DNA of 33,126 nucleotides from an uncultured Oscillospiraceae bacterium (GTDB lineage Bacteria; Bacillota; Clostridia; Oscillospirales; Ruminococcaceae): NCBI GenBank assembly GCA_964628475.1, contig CAZVOQ010000001.1, positions 3,762 to 36,887 of the forward strand, read 5' to 3'. Shown piece by piece: positions 1 to 11,281 of this stretch (position 1 is its first letter; each line of letters starts with the position of its first letter). The notes under the pieces were generated by a model. It saw only the letters and a program-made list of their open reading frames with translations, ran no database searches and was not told where the DNA came from. The position numbers and the translations under genes were made by a program.

Positions 1-2
1 AT

Positions 3-917
3 ATTACATCATTTAACTTTTCAGAGATTGGAGAATATGTGATTCTTATCACCAAAGCCTTTACAGATGGTAATGTAACTGGTTATTATAGTTATAGTTT
101 CATTGTAAAAACTATTGAAAATCCAAGCTTTGTTATTTCAACCACAAGCCCAAGTCAAGGCGAATTAGTTTTTGTTGAAATACAGAATATTTTTAATGAA
201 TATGATGTTGTTATAGATTCAAAATATGCCCCTAGCGCTAGCATTTTTAATGCAGATGAAAATAAAATATCGTTTTATATCCCAATAAATTATATGGTGG
301 CAACTAATGAATTTATTTTAGATGTAACTTTAGAAAACGAAGAAAATAGCTATAATTTTAAAGAAAATATAACTGTTTTGCCAACTGAATATGAAACAAT
401 TAGTTTCACTGTTGAAGAATCAGTAACATCTACCACTGTAAACTCTGCCGCTGCAAATCAGGAATATAGAGATATAATTCATCCATTATATTATACAAAA
501 GATATAAACGTTTACTGGGAAGGCAATTTTATAAAGCCAACTGAGGAAACTAGAGTTTCAAGTGATTTTGGACAGATTAGGTATATCAATGGTGCGTATT
601 CAAGACATAGTGGAATAGATTATGCCGCTGCAACTGGCACTCCTATTTATGCATCTAATTCTGGAATTATCGAATACTCTGGATTTTTACAGCTTTCTGG
701 GAACACTGTTGTTATAGAGCATGGGCTAGGATTAAAAGGATATTATATGCATATGGACTCTTTAGCTGTTTCTACTGGCGACTTTGTTAATAAAGGGGAT
801 TTAATTGGAACTGTTGGCACTACTGGATACTCAACTGGCCCTCACTTACATTATCAAGTGAGCATTGAAAATCAGCCTGTTGACCCAGTTGATTTATACA
901 CTTTATTTGAAGAATAA
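3..917 (+). CDS. M23 family metallopeptidase (LytM-like peptidoglycan endopeptidase), 5'-partial
   Basis: The frame is open from base 3 to the window edge, so the GTG at 39 in the ORF track is probably internal. The C-terminal half carries M23 signatures HSGIDYAA, GNTVVIEHG, HMDS and GPHLHYQV. TAA stop. Confidence 0.85.
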   Translation: MTSFNFSEIGEYVILITKAFTDGNVTGYYSYSFIVKTIENPSFVISTTSPSQGELVFVEIQNIFNEYDVVIDSKYAPSASIFNADENKISFYIPINYMVATNEFILDVTLENEENSYNFKENITVLPTEYETISFTVEESVTSTTVNSAAANQEYRDIIHPLYYTKDINVYWEGNFIKPTEETRVSSDFGQIRYINGAYSRHSGIDYAAATGTPIYASNSGIIEYSGFLQLSGNTVVIEHGLGLKGYYMHMDSLAVSTGDFVNKGDLIGTVGTTGYSTGPHLHYQVSIENQPVDPVDLYTLFEE

Positions 918-947
918 TTTTTAAAAAATCACAAGGAGGATTTTTAT

Positions 948-1859
948 ATGGTTTATGATATTGCAATTATAGGCGCAGGCCCTGCTGGGCTTTCTAGCGC
1001 AATTTATGCTCAAAGAGCTGGGTTTAATTCCATTGTTTTTGAAAGCAATGTTCATGGTGGGCAAATTATTAACACACCAGAAGTTGAAAACTATCCTGCA
1101 ATTCGCACAATTTCTGGAGTTGAATATGCAATGAACATTTATGAGCAAGCTGTAACTTTTGGCGCGACTGTTGAATATAAAGCTGTTACTAGCGTTGATT
1201 TTTCTGACGAAATCAAAAAAGTTTTTTGTAATGAGGAAATGTTTGAGGCAAAAACTGTTATTATTGCAACAGGCGTTGTTAGGAGAGAATTGTCAGTGCC
1301 TGGTGAAAAAGAAATGCTTGGAAAAGGCGTTAGCTACTGCGCAACTTGCGATGGCGCTTTTTTTAAAGACAAGCCTGCGGTAGTTGTGGGTGGTGGTAAT
1401 ACGGCTTTAGAAGATGCAGTTTATCTAAGTAGCATGAGTAGCAAAGTTTATATAGTTCATCGCCGAGATGAATTTAGAGCTGTGAAACACGAAGTTGAAA
1501 AAGTTTTAAAAAATCCTAAAATAGAATTAATTTTAGACAGTGTTGTAACTAGTATTAATGGCGATAAAAAAGTTGAAAGTATCACTGTTAAAAATCTTAA
1601 AACTGATACAACAACACAGATTGAAACCTCTTGTGTGTTTATAGCAGTTGGGCTTATTGCTCAAAATAATATGTTTAAAGATATCATCGATTTAACCAAA
1701 GACGGATACATTAATTCAGGCGAAGATTGCAAAACTAATATCCCTGGTGTTTTCACTGCTGGCGATACTAGAAATAAAACATTGCGCCAATTAGTTACAG
1801 CAACTGCCGATGGGGCTATTGCTGCAACTGCTGCTTGTGATTATATTTCAAAGCAGTAA
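948..1859 (+). CDS. trxB: thioredoxin-disulfide reductase
   Basis: FAD fold IAIIGAGPAGLSSAIYA, redox-active CATCDG, second dinucleotide fold VVGGGNTALEDAVYL, HRRDEFRA, GVFTAGD. AGGAGG RBS 8 nt upstream of the ATG. Confidence 0.9.
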   Translation: MVYDIAIIGAGPAGLSSAIYAQRAGFNSIVFESNVHGGQIINTPEVENYPAIRTISGVEYAMNIYEQAVTFGATVEYKAVTSVDFSDEIKKVFCNEEMFEAKTVIIATGVVRRELSVPGEKEMLGKGVSYCATCDGAFFKDKPAVVVGGGNTALEDAVYLSSMSSKVYIVHRRDEFRAVKHEVEKVLKNPKIELILDSVVTSINGDKKVESITVKNLKTDTTTQIETSCVFIAVGLIAQNNMFKDIIDLTKDGYINSGEDCKTNIPGVFTAGDTRNKTLRQLVTATADGAIAATAACDYISKQ

Positions 1860-1936
1860 TTTTTTAAATTTCACTTTTCTTTTTGTAATAATAGCTGAAA
1901 TAACACAAAACTAATCAAAGGAAGAATATTTATATA

Positions 1937-3274
1937 ATGAAAACCAATAAAAAAGCAATAATTAGCGTGGTTATATTTTTTACGATTGCACTTGCCACAT
2001 TCTTAATATTTTCAAAGTTTGTAGGCAGCGATAAATCCGCTGAAACTTCATCTACTATCAGCGAGGCATCTTCTATTAACAAGACTCCTTCTGAGCAAGA
2101 TAATTCGTCTCAAGAAGATGTTAAAGACACAATAACTCAAGATATAACCGTTCCAAACTCTGTTGAACCAAATGATGTTTTATCTACTGATTATAAGGCT
2201 GTATGGCTAACATACTTAGAATATCAAAATATGGATTTATCAACAAAGGAAAGCTTTATAGCATCTATTGAGCCTGTTTTTAAAAACAGTAAAGATTTAG
2301 GCCTTACGCATATAATAGCGCAGGTTCGCCCTTTTGGTGATGCTTTATATCCATCAAATTTGTTCCCAACAAGCCATTTTATAACTGGCGGGCAAGGAGA
2401 TACTTTATCATATGATCCATTAGCTGAAATGATAATTTTAGCCGATAAATATTCATTAAAATTAGAAGCTTGGATTAATCCGTATCGTGTTCGCCTTCAT
2501 TCAGAATTGCCTGAAGAATTATCTTTAGATAATCCTGGTTTAAATGAAGATATAACATTCACTTTAGAAAATGGTGGAATTTTTTATAATCCTGCTTCAA
2601 GTCAGGCACGCCAGCTTGTTATAGATGGAGTTTTAGAAATAGTTAATAATTATGATGTAGATGGTATTCATTTTGATGATTATTTTTATCCAACCACTGA
2701 TTATAATATAGATTTAGAAGACTACTCAACTTCTGGAACATCTTTATCTCATGATGATTGGCGCAGAGAAAATGTTAACACGCTAATTCGTGATGTTTAT
2801 TTGGCAATTAAAAACGTTAATCCTGATATAACTTTTGGAATTTCACCACAAGGAAATAATGATAACAATTATAATCAGCAATACAGTGATGTTAACTTAT
2901 GGCTAAAAGAAGAAGGCTATGCAGATTATATCACCCCTCAAATTTATTGGGGCTTTGATTATTTAACTGCCTCTGGCAGAGAAGATTATCAGTTTTTAAA
3001 TTTATTAAATCAATGGGCTAGCTACGAAAGACACGAAAATGTTGATTTACACATCGGACTTGGTGTTTATAGAATAGGCGCTGGCGATGGCGGTGCAAAC
3101 GAGCAAGATGAATGGCAATCAGGCAATAATATTTCAAAAATGATAACTGAAATTTATAATCATCCAAAAGTTAATGGATATGGATTATATCGCTATGATA
3201 ATTTATTTAACCCCCATGAAGATTATTTAGATTTAACATTATCAGAGGTTGAAAATATCAAATCTGTAAATTAA
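1937..3274 (+). CDS. GHL10 / DUF187 (YngK-like) glycosyl-hydrolase-like protein with N-terminal membrane anchor
   Basis: N-terminal hydrophobic helix (ISVVIFFTIALATFLIF), Ser-rich linker, then family-typical AVWLTYLEY, EAWINPYR and GIHFDDYFYP. Confidence 0.7.
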   Translation: MKTNKKAIISVVIFFTIALATFLIFSKFVGSDKSAETSSTISEASSINKTPSEQDNSSQEDVKDTITQDITVPNSVEPNDVLSTDYKAVWLTYLEYQNMDLSTKESFIASIEPVFKNSKDLGLTHIIAQVRPFGDALYPSNLFPTSHFITGGQGDTLSYDPLAEMIILADKYSLKLEAWINPYRVRLHSELPEELSLDNPGLNEDITFTLENGGIFYNPASSQARQLVIDGVLEIVNNYDVDGIHFDDYFYPTTDYNIDLEDYSTSGTSLSHDDWRRENVNTLIRDVYLAIKNVNPDITFGISPQGNNDNNYNQQYSDVNLWLKEEGYADYITPQIYWGFDYLTASGREDYQFLNLLNQWASYERHENVDLHIGLGVYRIGAGDGGANEQDEWQSGNNISKMITEIYNHPKVNGYGLYRYDNLFNPHEDYLDLTLSEVENIKSVN

Positions 3275-3290
3275 ATATTTCACTAAATTT

Positions 3291-3327
3291 ATATAGGAAT
3301 ACCTTGTGTATTCCTATATTTTTGTTT
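3291..3327 (+). terminator. intrinsic terminator after the GHL10 gene
   Basis: 12-bp perfect stem atataggaatac / gtattcctatat (3291-3302 / 3308-3319) followed by a T-rich tract. Confidence 0.75.
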
Positions 3328-3395
3328 TATAATTTTAACAAGTTGATAATAAATATGTTAAAAAAATTACAATTATAAAATAATGTGTCAAAAAT

Positions 3396-3424
3396 TTGCA
3401 TTTTTATCTCACTGATGATATAAT
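3396..3424 (+). promoter_or_regulatory. sigma-A-like promoter for the surface-protein gene
   Basis: TTGCAT (3396-3401), 17-nt spacer, TATAAT (3419-3424), about 55 nt upstream of the ATG at 3482. Confidence 0.55.
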
Positions 3425-3481
3425 TAATTATATAATATAGATACACCGTTATATTTGCCTAAATAAAGGAGGGAACCTATT

Positions 3482-5863
3482 ATGAAGAAAACCATTTTAC
3501 TTTTATTAAGTTTAATTTTAACTTTCACTTTAATGCCATCCACTCTAGTTTTTGCAGCCGATAAAACTGTAACTGCTTCAGTTGATTTATTTGGCGATGG
3601 AGCTGAAAATGTAACTTTTTCAGTGACTAAAGACGCCATATTGGGCACTGGCAGCGCTGTTGCAGGTGAAGTTACTATTGGCGATGGAACTAATCCTATT
3701 ACCCTTACTAATAGTGCTGGTGAAATGACTCTGCCTTCATCTATCAGGGTTGGCACAACACCATACAACGTTGTTGGTATTAGTGCTAACGCTTTTAGTG
3801 GATTTAGTGAATTAACTAAGGTTTATTTCTCAGACACTATTAATAATATTGGCGCTAATGCTTTTTTAAATTGCACAAGCCTTGATAGCGTTATCATCCC
3901 TAGTGATAGTGATCTTTCTGGAGATAACTCTGCTGCTTTTCCTGCAAAAGTTAATTTATTTTTTAATGGCAATTATAACGAAAACTATAAAGCTACAATA
4001 GACAGCCTTCCTGCTGGCTCAAACATTTACATAAAAAGCAGTGCTACTGGCTGGGATACTGTTGAAAGTGCTTTGGTTTATGATTTAAGTTTAACTGTTG
4101 TTTTAGGCTCTGCTAATAAAGCTAATCCTGTTGCTGAAGGCGACACTATCAGTATCACTGCAAGTAATACTGATAGCACAAAAACATTTGTGCGCTGGAC
4201 AACAACAAATGCACTTGTTAGCTTTGCTGATGAAAACGCTTCAACAACAACAATTACTATGCCTGATAGTAATTTACAAGTTAATGCTGTTTACAAAACT
4301 ACCTCAAGCGTGGTATTCCCTTCTAACCCAGAAGTTGTATTTGATAATTCTGCTATTGAATTTAGCGATTTATCTGCAACAATCACTGGTGGCGAGGCAA
4401 CTGTTGAATGGCTAAATAGCGATGGCACAGCGCTTAGTGGTGCTCCTAGTGCTGTTGGCTCTTATAAAGTTCGGGTTTCATTAGCTGAGAGTGCCGATTA
4501 TGCACCTTTATCAGCTGTAACTCAAGATTTTAGTATTATTAAAGGCACACAATCTGTGAGCTTTGATAGTGCTGATATTAACATACCATACGACGCTTTG
4601 GCAGTTGAATTAACTGATTTTAATTCAAAATACACTGTAGTTGGTGATGGAACTACTTCTATTGAATGGTATAATTCTGCTAGCGAAAAACTTTCATCAG
4701 CGCCAACAACAGTTGGTGATTATAAAATTGGAATAACAGTTTTAGCTTCTGATAGCTATAACGCTTCAACAGAAGTTTTAAAAGATTTTTCTATAATTCA
4801 AGCAAAAGCAACAATCGTTTTTGATACAGCTGCTATTACTATTCCTTATGATGGAACTGCCGCTTCAAGTTCAGATTTTAAATACACTGCCACTGGTGAT
4901 GGCGCTTTAATGCATGGTTGGTATTCAGCTAGTAATCCAACTGTTGCTATTCATCCTCCTGTTGATGCAGGAAGCTATATTGTTGAATTCAGATACGAAG
5001 ACGGGGTTAACTATTCTGCTTCTGAAAAAGAAAGAAAAGAATTCACTATAACTCCAATGGCTGCAACTGGTAGTGTTAAAATTGATAGAGCCGATACTGA
5101 CTCAAATTCAAAAGTTTCATCTACTGATGTTTTAACAGCGAACGTTAGCTCTGTTTCGCCTGCTGGCGCAACTCTTTCATATCAATGGAAATTAAATGGA
5201 ACTAATATTTCTGGCGCAACATCTAATACCTACACTGTTCCAAGTGGATACACCTATGGAAATTACACTGTTTTAGTTACTGCAACTGGCAATTATTCTG
5301 GCAGTTTCACATCAAGTGCTGTTGGAGAAGTTGCCCCTGCTCCAGCTGCAACTGCTGCACCTGCTAAAGTTTATAATATTACATCTGGAACTCATCAAAC
5401 TTCTGCTCAAAACAAAGCTTTATCATTCCAAACAGATATTCACCATAGTGATTTTGCTGGAATATGGGTTGATGGTATTTCAAGAGATGTTAACACTATT
5501 GCAACAATAACTGAGGGCAATGTTAAAATAACATTAAAAACTAGCTTTTTAAATACACTTTCTTTAGGAGAGCATTTAATTAGTTTTATTGCAAAAGATG
5601 GAGCAATAACTTCAACATACTTTACGCTAACAGCCCCTGTTGTAGCGCCTGCTGAAACTGCAGCTCCAACTGCAACTCCTACTGCAGAGCCTACTGCTTC
5701 CCCTGAAATAACACCACAACCTGTGCCTGAAGCAGCCGAGCCTACTGTTGAAACACCTTCACAAACTGATGGCGGCTCAATTCCTATACTTCCTATCGCT
5801 GGTGGGCTATTATTATTAGTCGGTGGTATTGTATTAATAATAAGACGCAGAAATGCTGAATAA
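3482..5863 (+). CDS. large cell-surface protein: signal peptide, BspA-type leucine-rich repeats, Ig-like/MBG-type repeats, Pro/Ala/Thr linkers, C-terminal membrane anchor
   Basis: Signal peptide MKKTILLLLSLILTFTLMPSTLVFA. LRR pattern ISANAFSGFSELTKVYFSDTINNIGANAFLNCTSLDSVIIP. Three tandem modules of about 80 aa. AP/TP-rich linkers. Terminal hydrophobic helix plus RRRNAE tail. Confidence 0.75.
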   Translation: MKKTILLLLSLILTFTLMPSTLVFAADKTVTASVDLFGDGAENVTFSVTKDAILGTGSAVAGEVTIGDGTNPITLTNSAGEMTLPSSIRVGTTPYNVVGISANAFSGFSELTKVYFSDTINNIGANAFLNCTSLDSVIIPSDSDLSGDNSAAFPAKVNLFFNGNYNENYKATIDSLPAGSNIYIKSSATGWDTVESALVYDLSLTVVLGSANKANPVAEGDTISITASNTDSTKTFVRWTTTNALVSFADENASTTTITMPDSNLQVNAVYKTTSSVVFPSNPEVVFDNSAIEFSDLSATITGGEATVEWLNSDGTALSGAPSAVGSYKVRVSLAESADYAPLSAVTQDFSIIKGTQSVSFDSADINIPYDALAVELTDFNSKYTVVGDGTTSIEWYNSASEKLSSAPTTVGDYKIGITVLASDSYNASTEVLKDFSIIQAKATIVFDTAAITIPYDGTAASSSDFKYTATGDGALMHGWYSASNPTVAIHPPVDAGSYIVEFRYEDGVNYSASEKERKEFTITPMAATGSVKIDRADTDSNSKVSSTDVLTANVSSVSPAGATLSYQWKLNGTNISGATSNTYTVPSGYTYGNYTVLVTATGNYSGSFTSSAVGEVAPAPAATAAPAKVYNITSGTHQTSAQNKALSFQTDIHHSDFAGIWVDGISRDVNTIATITEGNVKITLKTSFLNTLSLGEHLISFIAKDGAITSTYFTLTAPVVAPAETAAPTATPTAEPTASPEITPQPVPEAAEPTVETPSQTDGGSIPILPIAGGLLLLVGGIVLIIRRRNAE
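4334..5056 (+). repeat. three tandem in-frame repeat modules (about 74-86 codons each) inside the surface-protein gene
   Basis: The modules start at about 4334, 4556 and 4814. All share the pattern [VI]xFD..(A)I.IPYD...W(Y/L)NS....APxxVGxYK[VI].....Sx(D/N)Y......KDFSI[IT]. Confidence 0.7.
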
Positions 5864-5886
5864 TTTAATTGCTTAAAAACTATATC

Positions 5887-5919
5887 AAAAAAGGAATGGC
5901 TATTTGCCATTCCTTTTTA
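5887..5919. terminator. bidirectional intrinsic terminator between convergent genes
   Basis: Stem aaggaatggc / gccattcctt (5891-5900 / 5906-5915) flanked by an A-run upstream and a T-run downstream. Confidence 0.75.
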
Positions 5920-5937
5920 TTTTCGATTACTATATAT

Positions 5938-6462
5938 TTAGTATTCTATTCCTTTTCTTGCATCTATCCCTTTATCAAATGGATGCTTTATCTTTTTAAT
6001 TTCTGAAATATAATCTGCAAGATTAATTATTTCAACTTTAGGATTTCTTCCAGTTATTACTATTTCTAAATTCTCTGGTTTGCTTTTTAAAAACTCTAAA
6101 GCTATTTTATTATCTATAAACTCCAGTTCATATCCTGCACAAAACTCATCTAAAACAAGCACATCTGCATTTATTTCTTTTGCAAGATTTATAGCATTAA
6201 TGAATTGATTAGTGTATTCTTTTTTTGCTCTTTGCTTTTCATCCTCATTCATATTCCAAACAAACCCAAAGTTTTCTTTACAAAACACAAACTCTATATT
6301 ATCTAAAGTTTTTAATATTTTTAATTCGCTCGAATTATCTCCTTTTAAAAACTGAGTAAAAACAACTCTTTTTTCATTAGAAATCGCCCTTATCACAAGA
6401 CCTATTGCTGCAGTTGTTTTTCCTTTGCCATCTCCGTGATATATATGAATTAGTCCACTCAT
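5938..6462 (-). CDS. cobO: ATP:cob(I)alamin / cob(I)yrinic acid a,c-diamide adenosyltransferase (CobA/CobO/BtuR family)
   Basis: 174 aa with P-loop HGDGKGKTTAAIGL and LVLDEF, the typical size and layout of the family. AAGGGAG RBS. Confidence 0.85.
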   Translation of the reverse strand: MSGLIHIYHGDGKGKTTAAIGLVIRAISNEKRVVFTQFLKGDNSSELKILKTLDNIEFVFCKENFGFVWNMNEDEKQRAKKEYTNQFINAINLAKEINADVLVLDEFCAGYELEFIDNKIALEFLKSKPENLEIVITGRNPKVEIINLADYISEIKKIKHPFDKGIDARKGIEY

Positions 6463-6486
6463 TGTTTTTCTCCCTTAGATTTTTAT

Positions 6487-6515
6487 TTGTAAAACATCTA
6501 TATATATGTTATCAT
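6487..6515 (+). promoter_or_regulatory. possible promoter for the M50-like gene
   Basis: TTGTAA (6487-6492), 17-nt spacer, TATCAT (6510-6515). AT-rich context, so chance matches are likely. Confidence 0.3.
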
Positions 6516-6558
6516 ATTTTTACGTTTTAATCAAATACACTCAATAAAGGATTTATCT

Positions 6559-7698
6559 ATGAAACAAAAACTTAAAAATTTATTTGCTATTCTTATTGGA
6601 GTTTTTATCGGAATTGCGTTCGGTGTTTTTATCACAGAAACATATTTCGACATATTAACTACACTCGATATCCACAAAAATCCACTTTTAGCATTAACAA
6701 CTGCTATTTCACCTATTTTATCAATTGTATTAATGATATTCTTGCAAATTATTATTCATGAATTTGGACATTTAGTTGGCGGGCTATTATCTGGATACCG
6801 CTATTATTCTTTTCGCGTTGGAAATTTAGTTATACAAAAAAATAATAATAAATTAAAATTAAAAAAATTCAAAATAGCGGGAACGCTCGGGCAATGTATA
6901 ATGTTTATTCCCAATAAAGATTTTAAGGATATTCCTTATTTTTTATACCATTTTATGGGCGGGGCGCTAAATTTAATTTTATCTTTAATTGCCTTTATCA
7001 TATCCCTTTTTAATAATAATCCTTTAGTTATTTATAATATTTATTTGTTTATATTTTTTGGAGTTATAATGGGGCTTCAAAATTTAATTCCTTCAAAAAT
7101 GGGTGGAATTAATAACGACGGTATGAATATTTTGCAAATGCATAAAAGCGATGAAGCTAAAATAAATTGTCTTAAATGCTTGAAAATCAATGAGTTATTC
7201 ACAACTGGAACGCAATTAAAAGATATTGATTTAAATTTATTCACTGTCACTGATGGTCGACAGAAAAAAGATGCTTTAAGCGCTTCAATTTATTCAAATT
7301 ACATAGATAGGCTTTTAGAAGAAAAAAAGTATGAAGAGTGCTACAGTAAATCTTTTGAATTTTTAAAAGATAACTTGGCTATAATTTCAATTCATAAAAA
7401 CCAAATGATTGCAATTCAAATATTTTGTTTAATCATGCTAAAAAAAGAAAAGGAAGAAATAGAAAACCTAATAACTAAAGATTACAAAAAAATGGCTTTA
7501 GCCATGAAAAATTTCCCTTCTTTTATTAGAACAACCTATGCTTTAGCTATATATAATAATGATGAAAAAGAGATGCAAAAACAAAAAAAGCTATTTAATA
7601 AGATTTTAAAAACTTATCCTAATCAAACTGAAATTACTATAGAATCCATGCATATGAATGATGTTTTAAATCTTTATTCGCCCATTAATTTGTTATAA
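6559..7698 (+). CDS. polytopic membrane metalloprotease-like protein (M50/site-2-protease-like HExxH) with C-terminal helical soluble domain
   Basis: HEFGH lies inside a predicted TM helix (IIIHEFGHLVGG). A downstream NLIPSKMGGINNDG resembles the NxxPxxxxDG second motif of M50. The last 190 aa or so are hydrophilic and helical, TPR-like. Confidence 0.55.
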   Translation: MKQKLKNLFAILIGVFIGIAFGVFITETYFDILTTLDIHKNPLLALTTAISPILSIVLMIFLQIIIHEFGHLVGGLLSGYRYYSFRVGNLVIQKNNNKLKLKKFKIAGTLGQCIMFIPNKDFKDIPYFLYHFMGGALNLILSLIAFIISLFNNNPLVIYNIYLFIFFGVIMGLQNLIPSKMGGINNDGMNILQMHKSDEAKINCLKCLKINELFTTGTQLKDIDLNLFTVTDGRQKKDALSASIYSNYIDRLLEEKKYEECYSKSFEFLKDNLAIISIHKNQMIAIQIFCLIMLKKEKEEIENLITKDYKKMALAMKNFPSFIRTTYALAIYNNDEKEMQKQKKLFNKILKTYPNQTEITIESMHMNDVLNLYSPINLL

Positions 7699-7722
7699 TT
7701 TTTTTAAAATAAGGATATCACT

Positions 7723-8040
7723 ATGAAAAAACTTTCTTACTTTCTGCCTTTAATTTTCTTTTTATCACTAGATATTACAATTACTTTTCTCTCCTCATCA
7801 ATTAATATTTCCCTTATGTCTTTTATTCAGGCTATCACATTTTTTTCTGCTGGATATCTTTTAAGTAAAAATAAATATTGGGGTGCATTTATCGGAATGA
7901 TGCCTGCTGTTATTTTTATATTTCGCTACATTATATTTTCGGCGCATATGATGAGTGCTGGCCTTGTAGTTGGGCTTACATTAATATTTTATTATAGCCT
8001 TCTAGGGTTTATCTCATATAAAAATTCTAAATCAAAATAA
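7723..8040 (+). CDS. small hydrophobic membrane protein (3-4 TM), unknown function
   Basis: 105 aa, almost entirely hydrophobic segments. AAGGA RBS. 24 nt downstream of the M50-like gene on the same strand. Confidence 0.5.
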   Translation: MKKLSYFLPLIFFLSLDITITFLSSSINISLMSFIQAITFFSAGYLLSKNKYWGAFIGMMPAVIFIFRYIIFSAHMMSAGLVVGLTLIFYYSLLGFISYKNSKSK

Positions 8041-8045
8041 AAAAA

Positions 8046-8078
8046 ATGGTCGCCATAAAAATTATGGCGACCATTTTT

Positions 8079-8081
<3 letters not shown>
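8046..8081. terminator. bidirectional intrinsic terminator
   Basis: Perfect 11-bp stem atggtcgccat / atggcgaccat (8046-8056 / 8064-8074) with A-run before and T-run after. It sits between convergent genes. Confidence 0.85.
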
Positions 8082-9940
<1,859 letters not shown>

Positions 9941-9967
9941 ATAATAGCCTATTATCTTTCTTTTTTA

Positions 9968-11224
9968 TTAATCTACTCTAATTCTTATTTCTAAATTTTC
10001 GCCAGCAATTTTTTCTAAAATCGCTTTAGGCAGTTTCACACTTTCCATTTCTCCTGGTGCTAAATGTTGCTTTTTAAAGCTAGCTATAATATTATCTTGC
10101 GAAACTATTTCTATAACTGCTTTTGGAATTATTTTTCTAACTCTAAAAAATACAGTGAAGAATTTATCATTAAATGGTGTTCTTAATTTTTGCGGAACAG
10201 TGTAGGAAATATTTTCATCTGTTTTTATATCTATTATCTTTTCAAATTCTTGTTTTTCCCCTTTTGCAAATAAGGCTGCTGATTTTCCTGCTCTAGTGCT
10301 TTCCTCTGTTACAAAATCAACTAAGTCGTGCACATGAACAACATTTCCGCAAGCAAAAACCCCTTCTGCAAGAGTTTGCATATTTTCATAAACTATCGGG
10401 CCTTTTGTTCTATTATCTAAATCAATATTTGCATTTTGAGTCAACTCATTTTCAGGAATAAGTCCTACTGAAAGTAATAATGTATCGCATTCAAAAACAA
10501 TTTCTGTTCCCTTAATTGGTTTTCTTTCTTTATCAACTTGTGCCACCACAACCCTTTGTAATCTATCCTCACCTTGCACATCAATCACTGTGTGTGAAAG
10601 AAGTAATGGAATATCAAAATCATTTAAGCATTGCACAATATTCCTTGTAAGGCCTCCTGAATAAGGCATTAATTCAACACATGCTAAAACTTTAGCGCCT
10701 TCAAGCGTCATCCTTCTTGCCATTATAAGCCCTATATCACCACTGCCTAAAATAACAACTTTTTCCCCTGGCATATATCCTTGCATATTAACATAATATT
10801 GAGCACTACCAGCTGTTAATATCCCACTAGGTCGAGTTCCTGGAATTTGAATTGCACCACGAGTTCTCTCTCTACATCCCATAGCTAAAACAACAGATTT
10901 TGCCTTTAAAATTGTATATCCTATTTCACTATTAATTATATGAACATCCCTATCTTTTGTTATCTCTAATACCATTGTATCTAAAAATAAATTTATAGGA
11001 GTATCTTTTAATTTATCATAAAATCTGCCTGCGTATTCTGGGCCTGTTAATTCTTCTTTAAAATGATGAAGTCCAAACCCATTGTGAATACATTGATTTA
11101 AAATGCCCCCTGTTTTTATATCTCTTTCAATTAATGCGATATTCTCAGCTCCATTTTCATAAGCAGAAATCGCCGCTGCAAGCCCAGCTGGACCTGCCCC
11201 TATTACAATAACATCATATGTCAT
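9968..11224 (-). CDS. NAD(P)/FAD-dependent pyridine nucleotide-disulfide-family oxidoreductase
   Basis: FAD fold VIVIGAGPAGLAAA and second dinucleotide fold VVILGSGDIGLIMA. AAAGGAA RBS. Confidence 0.8.
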   Translation of the reverse strand: MTYDVIVIGAGPAGLAAAISAYENGAENIALIERDIKTGGILNQCIHNGFGLHHFKEELTGPEYAGRFYDKLKDTPINLFLDTMVLEITKDRDVHIINSEIGYTILKAKSVVLAMGCRERTRGAIQIPGTRPSGILTAGSAQYYVNMQGYMPGEKVVILGSGDIGLIMARRMTLEGAKVLACVELMPYSGGLTRNIVQCLNDFDIPLLLSHTVIDVQGEDRLQRVVVAQVDKERKPIKGTEIVFECDTLLLSVGLIPENELTQNANIDLDNRTKGPIVYENMQTLAEGVFACGNVVHVHDLVDFVTEESTRAGKSAALFAKGEKQEFEKIIDIKTDENISYTVPQKLRTPFNDKFFTVFFRVRKIIPKAVIEIVSQDNIIASFKKQHLAPGEMESVKLPKAILEKIAGENLEIRIRVD

Positions 11225-11281
11225 ATTAATTTATTCCTTTCTGTAAACCTTTGCCTTTTAATTTTAATAAATTTTATTATT

